A DNA stretch of 63,491 nucleotides, filler included, from Conidiobolus incongruus B7586 (lineage: Eukaryota): the NCBI GenBank assembly GCA_000697335.1. It is 10 parts of 10 records of this genome, joined end to end, with 100 filler letters (N's around TTAATTAATTAA, not from the genome) between each part and the next. Parts side by side here need not be neighbours in the genome. Positions count along the whole stretch, not along the records: positions 9,129 to 21,196 come from JNEM01006894.1; positions 21,297 to 22,663 come from JNEM01006895.1; positions 22,764 to 24,164 come from JNEM01006896.1; positions 24,265 to 54,846 come from JNEM01006898.1; 6 more parts are not named here. One strand, 5' to 3'. Positions 13,909 through 29,000 of the stretch are shown piece after piece; the first letter of the stretch is position 1, and each line of letters begins with the position of its first letter. The position numbers and the translations under genes are program-made. The notes beneath the pieces are model-generated. The model was not told the origin of the DNA, searched no databases, and saw only the letters and a list, made by a program, of their open reading frames with translations.

Positions 13909-16900
13909 TGATCAAAGTAGAAAATTAGAAGGGATAATTCGCAATTGGTGAACTGGGTCACATATTTATAGGTGATATAGTTTGCTTGGTATGAAATGAT
14001 AAAGTAACACAAAATCAATTAAATTAATTATATTAATTAATTTATTAATGATTTGGTACTATAGAGGTGTAAAATTGATATTTTAGAAAATTTACCTGTA
14101 CCTTTAACCTATTTTATACTTTTGGTATATCATATTAATACACCAAATCGGGATCTTGCATTGTTTTGGAAGGGATCCGAATCTCAAAATTGAAAATCTT
14201 AAATCACATAAATATATTAGAATTTTATGTTTCTATTGGCTCATATCCTGGATTAACCAATGATTTATTCAAAATTCTAAACACTAATCATTAATATTGC
14301 TTATCGCATTATATACAGAGGTGATAGTGGATAATGTTAGCTGTCGGAATCGGAATTATAAAGTTAGCGGATATAATGAGCATTAGACAATTGATATGAC
14401 TCTATGTTGGAAGAAATATTGATTTATAAACTACATAGATAGTCACCAGTAGATCGTTTTCTTTTACCATGATCTCACAAAATATTCAATAGTTATTAGT
14501 ACATATCAAAATATTAAAATATCATTTAAAATAGCTAATCATTTGGGTCAAACCTATGCAATTAGAAGGCTTCCTAATTACACTGGGTTGGATGATTTAA
14601 TTATGACTTTGATTCAAATTAAGCTTGGTAGAGAGGTTCAAATGGTTTTGCTTGGGATAACCTGTAAATTCGCTTAGATTACATTATAACTATGATCTAT
14701 TAAATATATTAGTTATTTTTGATATCAATACATCGCTATTATTAGCTTGTGGCTGTTTACAAGGTTTGATTGGTATTAAATTTAATATATTATAATATCG
14801 AATAACTACTTGTTCAGACGAATTGGTAAAAAATGTTATTGCAAGATATTTATAAACAAAAATCAGTTGATAAAATAATGCCAGAATATTAATAATCAAA
14901 TTCAACAAATTGAATTAATGCATGAATTTCCAATCTCAAAAATTTGGAATGATTACTAGGTTTGGTTAGTTGTTAATTATCTTTCTGTCCACTATTTTCA
15001 AAGTGAATCTAGTTTAATAGTGATTTCTAATTTCGTAATTAGGTTTATCACATTCTTAAGAGCGTTCCGAATTGGTATGTTGGGTTGCTTATTTCTTGAT
15101 GGATAATTTTAATATATTAACCAGGATTAATTGTAAATTGGAAGATAAATTGATTAGTTGTATGTCGAAGCATTCATTTCATTAGTTTTAAAATCTAGAA
15201 TATTTTATATTGGTTTTGATATCAATATCAAATATAAAGTTGCCAATATAATATCACATCATCAAAACCATAATCATGACAATACTATGTCATATTACAA
15301 CAATTTTCCATCATAAATTTTGCTCAACAGCCCAAATTAAAACTAAGATACATCATCAATTCATTAGTCTTAGATTTTAGGGTGCTAATGTTTGGTTTTG
15401 AAAAAATTATACATTTAATATCACTTGATTTGAGCAATTTATTTTTCTATTAGGTAGGGAAACGGGTCAGGGTTTAATCTAATTTTATTTCATTTTTATC
15501 ATGAATATATCAGTATGAGTATACTACTATCATTATTTTGTTAATAAAATATTAAGATAACCATTTAATTGTAATAATTATTTGAAATTTGAATAATGGT
15601 ATAATATTATATGCATATATTTGGCTTAAATCCCGAAAAACTTAAAATGGGTTATATATATTCATTACATTAAAAAAATAATTTTTTTGTGATTACCTAT
15701 CTTACGAGATAGAAATAATAGCATTTATTAAAGCTTGATATTCACATATAAAATTTTTAATATTTGAACATATGTACTGAAAATTATTTGAAAATAATAA
15801 GTTTAATTTTTGCAAAATTTTATATTCTAAATATATAGAATAATATTTTGGAATATTTAAAAATTTAGATTGGAAAATTCCTGTAATGAATTAATTTGGA
15901 GCAAATATCTGTTCAACCACCAAAGTGTTATAATAGTATGTTGAAAGGTTTATATTGTACTATTTCAACTTTATTCAATCTTATAAATCGATAGTTTATT
16001 GACATTTGAAGTTTGTTTGAAATAAATCACTATAATTGTAATGAAATGAATATAATTTAAAAGTATTACTTATATTACAATATTTACTATCGAAACAACA
16101 CTTGCATTATATTAAATATAAAATATTTACAGTTATTTTTTGATTTATATAACCAATCCAAATAAATTTAAAATAATATTAATAGTTTTTAATTTCCATA
16201 TTAATTGTGATAAAAAATAATAGTGAAAATCAATATTATTCACATCATTAATATTCGATATATTCACTGAAATATTGACTTTATATTTCTATTAAACCAA
16301 ATATATACTTTTCATTAAGTTTCAGATTAGAGAGTATATAATTTTATAAATTATATATATTAATGGAGAATTTAAGCAAAAATAAAAATAATCAGTGTAG
16401 TTCATATATACTATTATCCATCCAGTTCCTTGAAATAAATTACTTTAATTGACAAATATCACATTATTTCATTAAAAATAATTTCATAAATATTTTTGAA
16501 TTATAAATTGAAAATAAATAATATAGTAATCTATAAAATCAAAATATTCAGCATTGAAAATAGCATTACAATCAAAAAACAGTTCAGATAAAATATTTAA
16601 AGAAATAATGTTTCAAATGAATATTGAATACAAAGATTTTAGAAAAATAGATTTTCATTTTAATTATCTTACAAATAAGTATTCATTAATTTGATTTAAT
16701 GCTAATGAAAATAGTATTTAACAGACTATAGATTTAATATATATTGATACCTTTAATTAATGAATTTTAAAATTATAATTTAATCTACATTTTAAAAAAT
16801 TATATTAAATAGCCATTGTAAATAATTACCAATTTTTAGGATTTATTTATGTCTTATTGTGATATTAATATATACTTCAAGAGAACATATTCAACTTGTG

Positions 16901-18080
16901 TGGTTTTTCATATTATGATCCTTTTCAATTCTTTTAAATATATATTATTCAAAGACATATTTTTTAAATAATTTTATTTAAAACACAGTATTTTATTTAC
17001 TATAATAATTAATTATTTTAAAGTCTCCACTCAATATAATAATTTAAAGATAGCCGAAATGAATTTTAATTTCAGTTATTTCAAAAGTTGCATTAGTGAC
17101 AGATTGCAATTATAATTTAAAATAAAGAACACTAACAAAAATTAATATTATTTATATTTAATGCTCCTTTCTCTGCTCAAAGCCTTTGATTGATTTAAAT
17201 ATAATAGTATCAATAAACTTTTTGAACAGTACAGCATTAAAATTCAAGACTTTTATTATCAAACCTTGATGCAATCGTTTGACACATTAAAAATCCATCC
17301 TGATACTTTATGATATAGTTACAATTTATTTACATTCACTAAACAAATGTTCGAATGACTTTTAAAAAAAGACTAAAACTAATGCTTTAATTCTACACCT
17401 ACCTTCGGGAAGTAGCAAAGAATTTCGAGAATACACAGAAAAATCAAATTAATAATTTGGAATATTAATATGTACCAGTGTTATTAACATCAAATAATGA
17501 ACATAAGTTTTAAGGCCTATTACTATAACATTATCAAAAATTCCCATTTCTGACTAACTTAACAAAATATCCTTTACTAGATAATCAATCAATATTTTTG
17601 GCATATAAAATATCTTAAATCAAAAATGCTCTTTATATGATTATAAATAATGAATTTTGATCATCACATTTCGATAAAAATTAATCTATTAAGCACACTA
17701 TTATGGACTTTGATCATTTTAACCATGTATCCTAAGTATATTCATTCACCATGTCATTCTCCGACAGTTACAATTGTTATTGATATATACTAAATTTAAT
17801 GTTCCAATTCATTTACACAATATAACTTTAATTTTATCCTATGTTCCTCTATTCGCAATTTAAATTTGAAATTATCAACATCCCTTGAATAATGGTAAAA
17901 GATTTTTGAACATAATTGAATAATTCAACGAATAAACTACCTCATTACATATTAATTATATATAAATTTATAAATTTATAATTTTTCTTTAACCATTTGA
18001 TAATAAAGATATTTATGGATAATTAATTTTTGAAATTAATATATGATTCTTATTTTCATTTACAAAACATAATATTATAG

Positions 18081-19405
18081 TATTAGTATGGAAATTAAAA
18101 AATGGCAAATTTTTTAATTTCTGATCTTTCAAACATATTATACATTTTGAAAGATTATTTATATATAAAATATATAGGAAGATAAATATTTTCAAACTAT
18201 ATATATATATATTCAATTTTAATTATTTTTTTTTATTAAAATATTTTGATTTTAAAATTTATACTTAAATTTAATTATGTTTAAACTAGATTATAATTAT
18301 CAAAAGGCTTTTATTTTTGTATCTTTAGAACTTAACCATAAACCCTTTAAAATCATCTAAAACTTTTAAACAGTTTATGGAAATGGTGCTTTATCTAAAA
18401 CTACCATATATCACTAGATTTGTGATTTTAATGCTAAAAGGGACATTATTCAAAATTTACCAAAATTTAAAAACTAATTTCTATTGTTATTCTTTCACTT
18501 ACTAATAAAATAAAAAAATATATTAAGAAATACCTTTTTATTTCTGCTAGAGAATTATTAAAGTAATTTAATATTAATTATATAAGCATGTTATATTTAC
18601 TTATGTTTAAACTTAGATTAATTAATAAAAATATAAAATAGATACTTTATAATTTAACAAAAACCTAAAAGAAAATTAAAGTAGCTATAGCTAAATTAAA
18701 CTTATTAAGGTATAACCAAAAATAAAGGTTTTTACAGTAAATACTTATAATTAATGAATTTTAAATTCCTTTATATAATCCTTTATTTAAAAATAAAACA
18801 AGATGTTTGGTTAAGCTAAATCAATCCCCTTTATAAATTCCAATAAATAAATACTTTAAATATAAGTAAATATTAATTGTTGTAATAGATTATAATGGTA
18901 TATGGTTTTTTTTATTTAATATCTAAAAGAAAATCAATTAATAGTAAATTATATATTACTTTTTTAAATAAAATATTTTCTAAATAGTGTTCTTAATATA
19001 AATTGAGGACATTTATTATTTTGCATAATAATTACAAAATATATAAAACTAAAGCTATAAAAGATTTTTTATATAAAAAAAATTAGAGGGAGTTACTATA
19101 TCTAGTATATTCACTTGATTATAACCTATATGATTATAATTGTTTTAGACAATTAAAAAAATAGCTTATAAAAAAAAATTCCTGCAAATAAATTAAATTG
19201 GTTTGTGAAATATCAAATTTCAGTTTTTAATAAAAAGAACTATTTTTTAGGTATTAGAAGCTTACTAAAGGTATAGAAAAGAGTTATTAATAATAAAAGA
19301 GGCTATTTATTTTATACTATTTATTAATTTTTATATATTATTTATTAATTTATTTGTTTAATATTAATTTTAAAATTGTGCCATTATTTAATTTCTACAC
19401 TAATA
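18081..19405 (+). mobile_element. Full-length degenerate mariner-like transposon (family A, DD34D), ~1.3 kb
   Basis: TIRs TATTAGTATGGAAATTAAAAAATGGCA and TGCCATTATTTAATTTCTACACTAATA including TA TSDs. Transposase relic from ATG ~18277: VYGNGALSKTTIY (HTH), K*ILYNLT (WVPHxL), ILHNN (HDN), YSLDYNLYDY. Confidence 0.93.
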
Positions 19406-21090
19406 TCATAAATATCAATAATTTTTTATATATCATAATATTATAATAATTACTTAATTAAATTTATGCTTAATTTTATTATTAATATAAATAAAATTAA
19501 CCAATAATTTTGATTTATTCAAAATTTAAAATTAATTTTAATTATGAATTTGATTTCATATCCAGAGTATTTTCAAAATAATCAATTATATTCAAATATC
19601 ATTAGGAATACAATATTATCCCAATTTTAAATTCTTATACTATTGAACTCTAATTAGTGACAATGATAAATATTGATATTATGAGTTAACCCAATTGATA
19701 TCTTCTGAATAACCATATAAACAATATTTTATATAATTCAAAAAGTGTGGAATTATATATTTTTATAATTATTAAATAATATTTTTAGTTTTTCAAATTT
19801 ATAGTTTATCTAAAAGTTATTGTCAAATTTCAATTATTTTAAATATTATAATAACTAAAATTTTTATTCATAGAATTGATTGTATTGCCCTATCAATATT
19901 CTCATTATTAGAAGATGAATAATATCATATTCTGCTTTATTTGATACTTCTAGGCATATATATTCTTCTATTCAGTTTGCTAAGTTAATCATAATTCGAA
20001 TGATACTTAATAGTCCACTCTTTGGTGTGAATAAATATTATTCAGATTTGAAATAATTTGAAATCAATATCATCACGTTATTAAAATATTGTGATCTTAG
20101 TTACAAAATTAATAATTAAGAATTGAATATACGAAATTATATCAATCTTTTCTACCATATATGTTATAGAGTATTTTTATAAGATTAAAAAATTTCAAAA
20201 TTATGATTCTTTTTTGAGAATATTTAATAGATTTGAACAAGATATATTTTTAATATGTTTCTAAAATAATATGTCTACTATTCAATTGTCATTATTAAAA
20301 TCATATTTAAAAATTAAAATACAAATATTTGACAAATATAAAATAAGAAAATTAAATAGAATATAATTAAAATTTTATATACTGATATATTATGAATTAT
20401 AACAACTTATTTAGACTTTATTTTAATGAATATTAAAATTTTTTTCAAATTATAACAAAATAATAATAGAATTTTATTAAACACCAATTTTAAAAAAATT
20501 TATTATTATCTAAATATCTAATAATTATAATTTGAATTCAGAATTTAACATGTATTATGATTAATTTAAATAAATAAATACTAAAGAATATATTTGGCTT
20601 ACTTAACATATTCTCTCTGTATTCTAATTACTAATGCATTGTGAATATTTCCTAATGCATAGTATCATCCGAAACATAGCTATAATCATATTTATTATTA
20701 AATCTTATATTAATAATTAACATTTTATAACCGCAAGAAATTTTTTAAAATAAACCAATCAATGTTTAAAAAATTTCACCAAAATATATACCATATTAAT
20801 TTTCATATGATAGTTGCTAAATTTGATATGTTATCCGATATTAATAGGCTAGATTATCTTTTTATTAATCATATTTACCAGTTATGATATCCCTATTTTG
20901 ACATGTTTTGTTCATTTGCGGTTTATCAATTAAAATTTAGTATAAAAGGTATATTTCCCATATTTAGATTCATATCAGCTACTATTTAATTGGAGAATAA
21001 TATACATTATAAATTTATCCAAATGCTTGTAGCTAGTACTAAAGTTTGATTTAGTATGAGATATAAATCAGTATTATTCACTGTATTTTC

Positions 21091-21146
<56 letters not shown>
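21091..21146. repeat. (TTA)n microsatellite
   Basis: About 18 perfect trinucleotide units. Confidence 0.95.
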
Positions 21147-21296
21147 TTTCCAGTTTAATATCATATTGCTTAAAATGTATATAATAATAAAATTACNNNN
21201 NNNNNNNNNNNNNNNNNNNNNNNNNNNNNNNNNNNNNNNNTTAATTAATTAANNNNNNNNNNNNNNNNNNNNNNNNNNNNNNNNNNNNNNNNNNNN

Positions 21297-22663
21297 AGCT
21301 ATTAGCAAAAATATTAACCCTTAATATTTAACTAAGGTGAGTTATAAATTTGTAGGTTTTTGAGATAAGGGGATATATTTAACAATATATAACTATATCT
21401 TTTTTCTTTCTTTATTATTATTTAATAAAATATTTTATAAATATATTAAATTTTTTTTATTAGTATTATTATACTTAAATCCCTCTTTAAAAAAATTTAC
21501 TTGTATATCAATTAACTTTATAAAAAAAGTAAATCAACTTGTAATATTATTAGAATTACTAGTGTTAGCTAGTTTACTATAGTTAAAGTTGTTAAGAATA
21601 ACAATAAAGACACATTTAAACCTAAACTTAAATGTGTTAAAATTATAGATGAATATAATAAGAAGTATATTTATAGGTTAGTTAATATAGGTAAGTGTAG
21701 TATTATTATAAAAATACAACAGGAACTATAAAACTATATAAGAATATTAATTAAAACTAATACTATTATATATACTTTACATTAGCATAGATATCACTTA
21801 TACTTTAAGAAAAAACACCTTTAACTAAAGAAATCTTATTGTAAAGCTAGGTAAAAGTTTAAATGTCACCATTAATATTAAACTAAAACTAATTAGAGTA
21901 AGGTTATTTAGTCTAATAAAACAAAAATATACTTTAGTAGATTTAATAAAAAAGCTAGATGTTTTAGAAAAGATACAAAACTACTTTGTAACTATCATGT
22001 TAATTTTACTTAAAAGTACAATAATAGGTTAATTATTATTTAGGGATGTATATTGTTTTTAAGTATAAGGTATATTTGTAAAGTTAATAAAAGAATTAAT
22101 ATTGAGATATATTAAAGTATTTTAAACAATAAATTAAAAAAAACTATTGAATAATATAGGTTAAATAAATCTAATGTTATTTTCTAGTAAGATAATACCT
22201 TTTATTATATTATAACTTTTATTACCAAATAGCTTAAAAATAACAAAATAACAGTTATGAAGTAGCTTCTTCAATTTCTTAACTTTAACCTAATTAAACA
22301 TTTTTAGGATTAGTTAAAAAAATTATTAAAGTTTTCCCTTTAACAAAAGATTTAGATCAACTTTGGGAATATATTCAAGAAGTATAAAACAAGATTAACC
22401 CTTTTTAGTGTAAGAAGTTAGTTGATTCTATACCCTACAAACTTAAAGAAGTTAGAAAAGCTAAAAGTAAATATACTAAATTTTAATTTTTTTTATCACC
22501 AAAAACCTACAAATTTATAACTCACCTTAGGTAAAATTTAAGTGTTTATATTTTAACCAATTAATAGCTAAATATCATCATATAATGATATATATTATTA
22601 ATAAATATAATAGATTTTAATTATTTAATTTAAGTTTATTTTATTAAATATTAATCAAGTTAT
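21297..22663 (+). mobile_element. Degenerate Tc1-like transposon (family C, DD34E), both ends in gaps
   Basis: Catalytic relics I*SNKTKI (IWSDETKI), IF**DN (IFQQDN), *LLQFLNFNLIKHF* (WPPQSPDxNPIEHxW). Colinear with about 58305-59670. Confidence 0.9.
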
Positions 22664-22812
22664 NNNNNNNNNNNNNNNNNNNNNNNNNNNNNNNNNNNNN
22701 NNNNNNNTTAATTAATTAANNNNNNNNNNNNNNNNNNNNNNNNNNNNNNNNNNNNNNNNNNNNTCTTTGAGATATTTGATAAAATATCTTATATTATTAT
22801 AATCTATTATAA

Positions 22813-24136
22813 TATTAATATAGTAATTAAATAATAACACAATTTTAAGATTGAAATTAAATAAATAAATTAATAAATGATTTATAAAAATTAGTGAATA
22901 ATATAAAATTAATAGTTTCTTTTATTATTAATAACTTTTTTCTATACTTTTAGTAAGCTTCTAATATCTAAAAAACAGTTCTTTTTATTAAGGACTGAAA
23001 TTTAATATTTCATAAAATAATTTAATTTATTTGCAGGAATTTTTTTTCTTACAAGTTGTTTTTTTAACTGTCTAAAATAATTATAATCATATAGGTTATA
23101 ATCAGGTGAATATACTAGATATGATAACTCCCTCTAATTTTTTTTATATTAAAAATCTTTTATAACTTTAGTTTTATATATTTTGCAATTAATATGCAAA
23201 ATAATAGCTATATTTATTTTATGTTAAAAACATTATTTAGATATTATTTTATTTGAAAAGATAATATATAACTTATAATTAATCAATTTTCCTTGAGATA
23301 TTAAATAAGAAAATTATATAATATTATAATCCATTATAATAATTAATATTTACTTATATTTAAAATACTTATTCATTAGAATTTATATAAAGGATTGATT
23401 TGGCTTAACCTAACATCTTGTTTTATTTTTAAATAAAGGATTATATAAAGGAATCTAAGATTCATTAATTATAAGTATTTATTGTAAAAACCTTTGTTTT
23501 TAGTTATACCTTAATAAATTTAGTTTAGCTATAGCTATTCTAATTTTTTTTGGGCTTTTGTTAAATTATAAGATATTTATTTTATATTTTTATTAATTAA
23601 TTGATGTTTAAACTTAAGTAAATATAACATGCTTGTATAATTAATATTAAATTACTTTGCTAATTCTTTAACAAAGATAAAAAGGTATTTGATATATTTA
23701 TTTATTTTATTAATAAATAAAAGAATAACAATAGAAATTAATCTTCTAGATTTTAGTAAATTTTGAATAATATATCTTCCAGCTTTAAAATCACAAATCC
23801 AACAATATATGGTAGTTTTAGATAAAATATCATCTTTATAAGCAGTTTACAAGTTTTGGATGATTTTAGAGGGTTTATGGTTAAGTTTAAAAAATACAAA
23901 AATAAAAGCCTTTTGATAATTATAATCTAGTTTAAATATGATTAAATTTAAGTATAAATTTTAAAATCAAAATATTTTGATAAAAAAAATAATTAAAATA
24001 GAATATATATATATAGTTAGAAAATATTTATTTTTCTATATATTTTATATATATATATAAAATCTTTCAAAACATATAATATATTTGAAAGATTGGAAAT
24101 TAAAAAATTTGCCATTTTTTGATTTCCATACAAATA
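22813..24136 (-). mobile_element. Full-length degenerate mariner-like transposon (family A)
   Basis: Reverse-complement copy of 18081-19405 with both TIRs (...tttgccattttttgatttccatacaaata). Confidence 0.9.
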
Positions 24137-24264
24137 ATAAATATTTACTAATATTAAAATTATTNNNNNNNNNNNNNNNNNNNNNNNNNNNNNNNNNNNN
24201 NNNNNNNNTTAATTAATTAANNNNNNNNNNNNNNNNNNNNNNNNNNNNNNNNNNNNNNNNNNNN

Positions 24265-24545
24265 CATGTGATTATAATTGTTTTGGGCAATTAAAAAACC
24301 AGCTTGCAGGAAAGAAAATTTCTGCAGGAAAATTTAATTGGTTTGTGAAACATCAAATTTCAGTCCTTAATAAAAAGAACTGTTTTTTAGGTGTTAGATC
24401 TTTGCCAAAAGTATGGCAAAAAGTTATTAGAAATAAAGGAAATTATTAATTTTATATTATATATTTATTTTTACTTTGTATATATTAAAATGTTTATTTT
24501 TTTTCAATCGCAAAAAATTCCCATTATTTAAATTACAAAGTAATA
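24265..24545 (+). mobile_element. Mariner family B 3' end, weakly mutated
   Basis: Open frame CDYNCFGQLKNQLAGKKISAGKFNWFVKHQISVLNKKNCFLGVRSLPKVWQKVIRNKGNY* followed by right TIR aaattcccattatttaaattacaaagtaata. Confidence 0.88.
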
Positions 24546-24778
24546 TTATATTATATTTTATTTTAAAAAATAAATATATTTATTTTAAATAATTGAATAT
24601 TATTTTTAAATTATCAATTATTAATTAAGTATAGATATATCATATAGTTATATTTCTTAAATATTATTTATATTAAAATAAATATTATTATTTATTTTTT
24701 CTTATATATAAATCAACAGGTTATAGGTTTAAAAGCTTAAAATATATACTATTTCATTCAAAGATATTTTTCTATTTA

Positions 24779-26089
24779 TATTACCATAAAATTAAAAAAA
24801 TGGAAAATTTTTTAATTTTTGCTTTTTCAAATATATTATTAGTTTCAAATAAGCAAATATATACAAAACAAATAAGAAAATAAATAGTTTCAAATTATAT
24901 ATATAATAATTTTTTTGATTAAAAAATTAATTTTTTAAAATTAGTTATTTAATTTAATTATGCTTAAACCAAATAATAACCATCAAAAGTTTTTTATTTT
25001 AATATTAATAAAACTTAACCACAAACCCTTTAAAATCATTTAAAATTTACAAACAACTTTTAATAATGAAGTATTATCTAAATTAATAATTTATTACTAG
25101 GTAAATTACTTTAAAACTAGGAGAGAAACTACCTAAAACCTATTAAAATTTAGAAAACTAATTTCAACTATTATTTTTTTAATTGTTAATAAAGTAAAAA
25201 ATTATATTAGAAAGTACTTTTTTATTTTAGCTAAAGAATTATCAAGATACTTTAATATTAATTACATAAGTATTTTATATATATTAAAGTTTAAATTAAA
25301 ATTAATTAATAAAAATATAAAATAAATACCTTATAATTTAACTAAAGCTTAAAAAAAAGTTAGAGTAGCTATTGTTAAACAAAACTTACTAAGGTATAGC
25401 TAAAAACCAAAGCTTTTACAGTAAATTATTATAATTAATAAATCTTAGATTTTTTTATATAATCCTTTGTTAAAACATAAATCAAAGTGTTAGATTAAAC
25501 TAAATCAACTCCCTCTATAAATTCCTTTAAATAAACACTTTATTAATAAATAAATATTAATTATAATAATAGATTATAATAGCATATACTATTCTTATTT
25601 AGTTTTTAAAAGAAAATTTATTAATAGTAAACTTTATATTTCTTTTTTAAATAAAACTATTTCTAATTACTATTCTTAATATAATTTAAAAAACCTATTA
25701 TTTTACATGATAATTATAAAATACATAAATCTAAAGTTGTAAAAAACTTTCTAATTAAAAATAACTGGAAAAAACTACTACATTTAGTATATTCTCTATA
25801 TTATAACCTATATAATTATAATTGTTTTGGGTAATTAAAAAACTAGCTTACAGGAAAGAAAATTTCTACAGGAAAATTTAATTGGTTTATAAAACATTAA
25901 ATTTCAGTCTTTAATAAAAAGAGCTATTTTTTAGGTGTTAGATCTTTGCCAAAAGTATAGCAAAAAGTTATTAGAAATAAAGGAAACTATTAATTTTATA
26001 ATATATATTTATTTTTACTTTTTAAATATTAAAATGTTTATTTTTTTTCAATTGCAAAAAATTCCCATTATTTAAATTACAAAGTAATA
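24779..26089 (+). mobile_element. Full-length degenerate mariner-like transposon (family B)
   Basis: TIRs tattaccataaaattaaaaaaatggaaaattttt and aaaaattcccattatttaaattacaaagtaata. LHDN and YSxxYNxxxY relics. Confidence 0.9.
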
Positions 26090-29000
26090 AATTATTATAT
26101 TATTTTTTTACAAATCCAATTAAGCAAATATTTATAGAGTGATGTATTCATTTTGTTAATAACATGATATATTTTGATAAGCCAAACATATTAAAGAGCC
26201 TAAATTATATTAATCTTGATGGTTTTGTAACCATATTCTTGTAGTATGTGTTTAAAAATAAGAATTTGTTTATCAAATTTATAACAAAAAAATTTCAATT
26301 GAAATGTTTTAAATGTGTAAAACTTTGAATCCCCTATAATAAAAATAATTTCATTAACATATTTAATATGCAAAACAGATATGTAATTTTATATAGGACT
26401 CTTATGAATTTTAATATAGTTGGTTATTACTTTAAAGAGGCTCGCTAATAATCTTGAGTAATTTATAAATCATAGTTAATTCTCTACTCTTTTGCAATTG
26501 TTGAATGGTTTAATACTACTTGATTAAATTTACTATTAGAGAAAAATTGTACGCAAAGTTAAAGAAGAGTGACCCATAATACGATATAATAAAAAATCAA
26601 AATAGCTTTATAGAGTAATTTGAGAAATTTAATAGTATTTGAAAGATATAATAATTTTATAAAATTTAAATTTGTAGAATTTAATGGTATAATATAGGTA
26701 AGTAAAGAAATATAATATACACAATATATAATTTGAATACAATATTATTTGTTGACAAACAATTGTAAAATGTGTGGTTGATAATAATTCTTTATAGCTT
26801 AATTAAAACGCTTAGGAATCCAGAGTATAATATAAATTTGATTAGACAAATATTAAAGCAAATACTAAGACAAAATCAAACAAAGATAGAATATTGACTT
26901 TAATGATGTGATGATTTTCTTTTATTTGATGTTTCATATACCATTTATGATACTGTTTAATTACCAATGCTTTAACCACAAAATTTTCGAATTAACTAAG
27001 GTTTTAATAAATTCACATTAACATCTATCAAGATAGTTCGAAACTTCATTGTTCAACGTTATGTTATTGATAGTTTGAATATAATGCTTTATAAAATTAT
27101 CAATCATTTTTATATTTCGTGATTTTCATGACTGGTGATAATACATATCAGTTTATTTACTTTTCATTATATTTTAAAAAATAATTATAATATTCTCTTT
27201 GATTAGAATGTACTTATCATCAATTAATTGTTATGTACATTAAAATGGATAAGGTTGAGATAAAACATGTGATTCAATTAGCTTTGTTTTTACATTTTAT
27301 GAATTTGTCAAAATATTTAAAGGTTTATAATCTTAATAAAATTGACACCTACAAATGAACTATTTTATCAAAGTTTTATTTGTATTAATATAATAAATAA
27401 ATGTCTTGATCCATATATAGTAAATAATATAAGCTATGTTCTGATTAAATTCCAGTCAAAATTAAATATCCATGCTAATACAGCTTTATATCATATATAT
27501 TAGATATGTACGTTATTAATTCCAAGATTATAAAATTATATAATCAATTTAATTCGATATTTTTCAGATTATAAAATATTTGTAATTTAACTATATTTGA
27601 ATATGATATTAAATCAAGCAAATGTGAAAATTTACAAAATTTTGAATATATTATAAAATTTAAATATGAATTATATTGATATTAAATCAAAGTCACCTTT
27701 AACGTATTTAACTAGCAAAACAATCATATTATTTTATCATTATTAAATTATTTATATTATATTCAGCTCAATCATTTCGATTTTACAATCAAAACTACCT
27801 ACATTTTTTGATATAAAAATAATTAACGAACTATAACCTATTATCTTAAGGTATTAAGTACAATATATAAACCATTTTACTTGGAAAAAATATTAAATTA
27901 TCAATCCATCGTATCTCTACTATTAATGTTTTTACTATCTCTGAATTATTTAATCATATTAACAATATCAGATATAGCAGTGATAAAGTTTTTATAAACT
28001 GAATTCATTCACAATTCATAATGAATTAACAACCATTGTTTGTTAGAAAATATTTTGGGACGGAATATATATTTTCAAAGTTTATAATTAGGACTTTATT
28101 CAAATTTTATATTTTTGCAGTCTAATAATTTGATATAACTGACAATTTCATATTAATGACAGTCTCCTAATTTCAATTTATTGATAATATTACTAGATAA
28201 GATAAAATTCATTCAAAAGGTCATAAGTGTTTAATTATTTATCGGTTTAGAAGAACTTTATAATTATTACATAAAATAAAAATGAAAACATTCTAAAAAT
28301 AATTCAATTAATATTAGTTAATATAAGTGGCAACTATCAAAAGTAACATGGATCAAACCATTAACTATTTGATAAAAGAATCCATTGCCAAATGATAAAT
28401 GATTGTTCAACAACTATTGCAACATTCTCTGGCAATCAATAATCTCACAGACACTCCGAAGTTAATAACAAAAAACCAAGATTGATTAAGTATGTGATCA
28501 AGTGACTTAATTTCAACATGTTTTTTTGATAATCTCTTTCAGTAATGCTAAACTGGCATTTATTGTGTAATTATTGTGAGACTTTCCTATTCTCCCCCTC
28601 TTCATATCCATTTTGACGGTTTCAATCAATATCTGAACCCAACTGCGTAAATTTGGAAGAAACTAAATGCTATTAGGTTGGAATATTGCATTTGTATTCT
28701 GGATTCTGAATCTAAATTTCGCAAAACTAAAAAATTGATTGAAAATAGCCAAGGATATAAATTCATATCAATTTTCTATTCATGGACAGATAAAAAGAGT
28801 AGTAAAAATTTCTGATATACAAGATTATATCCTTTGAAAATCTACTGGTGACGAAACACTCTAAATTTTGCCACTAAGATTTAGCTATTCTGATAAGAAA
28901 CTTTTACAGAATTTCCGTAAAATTTTAAAATGTATATACGAATATTGCCAATTGTAGAATAATTCCGAAGCGATACTGAACTTAATAAACTATCCATTAA

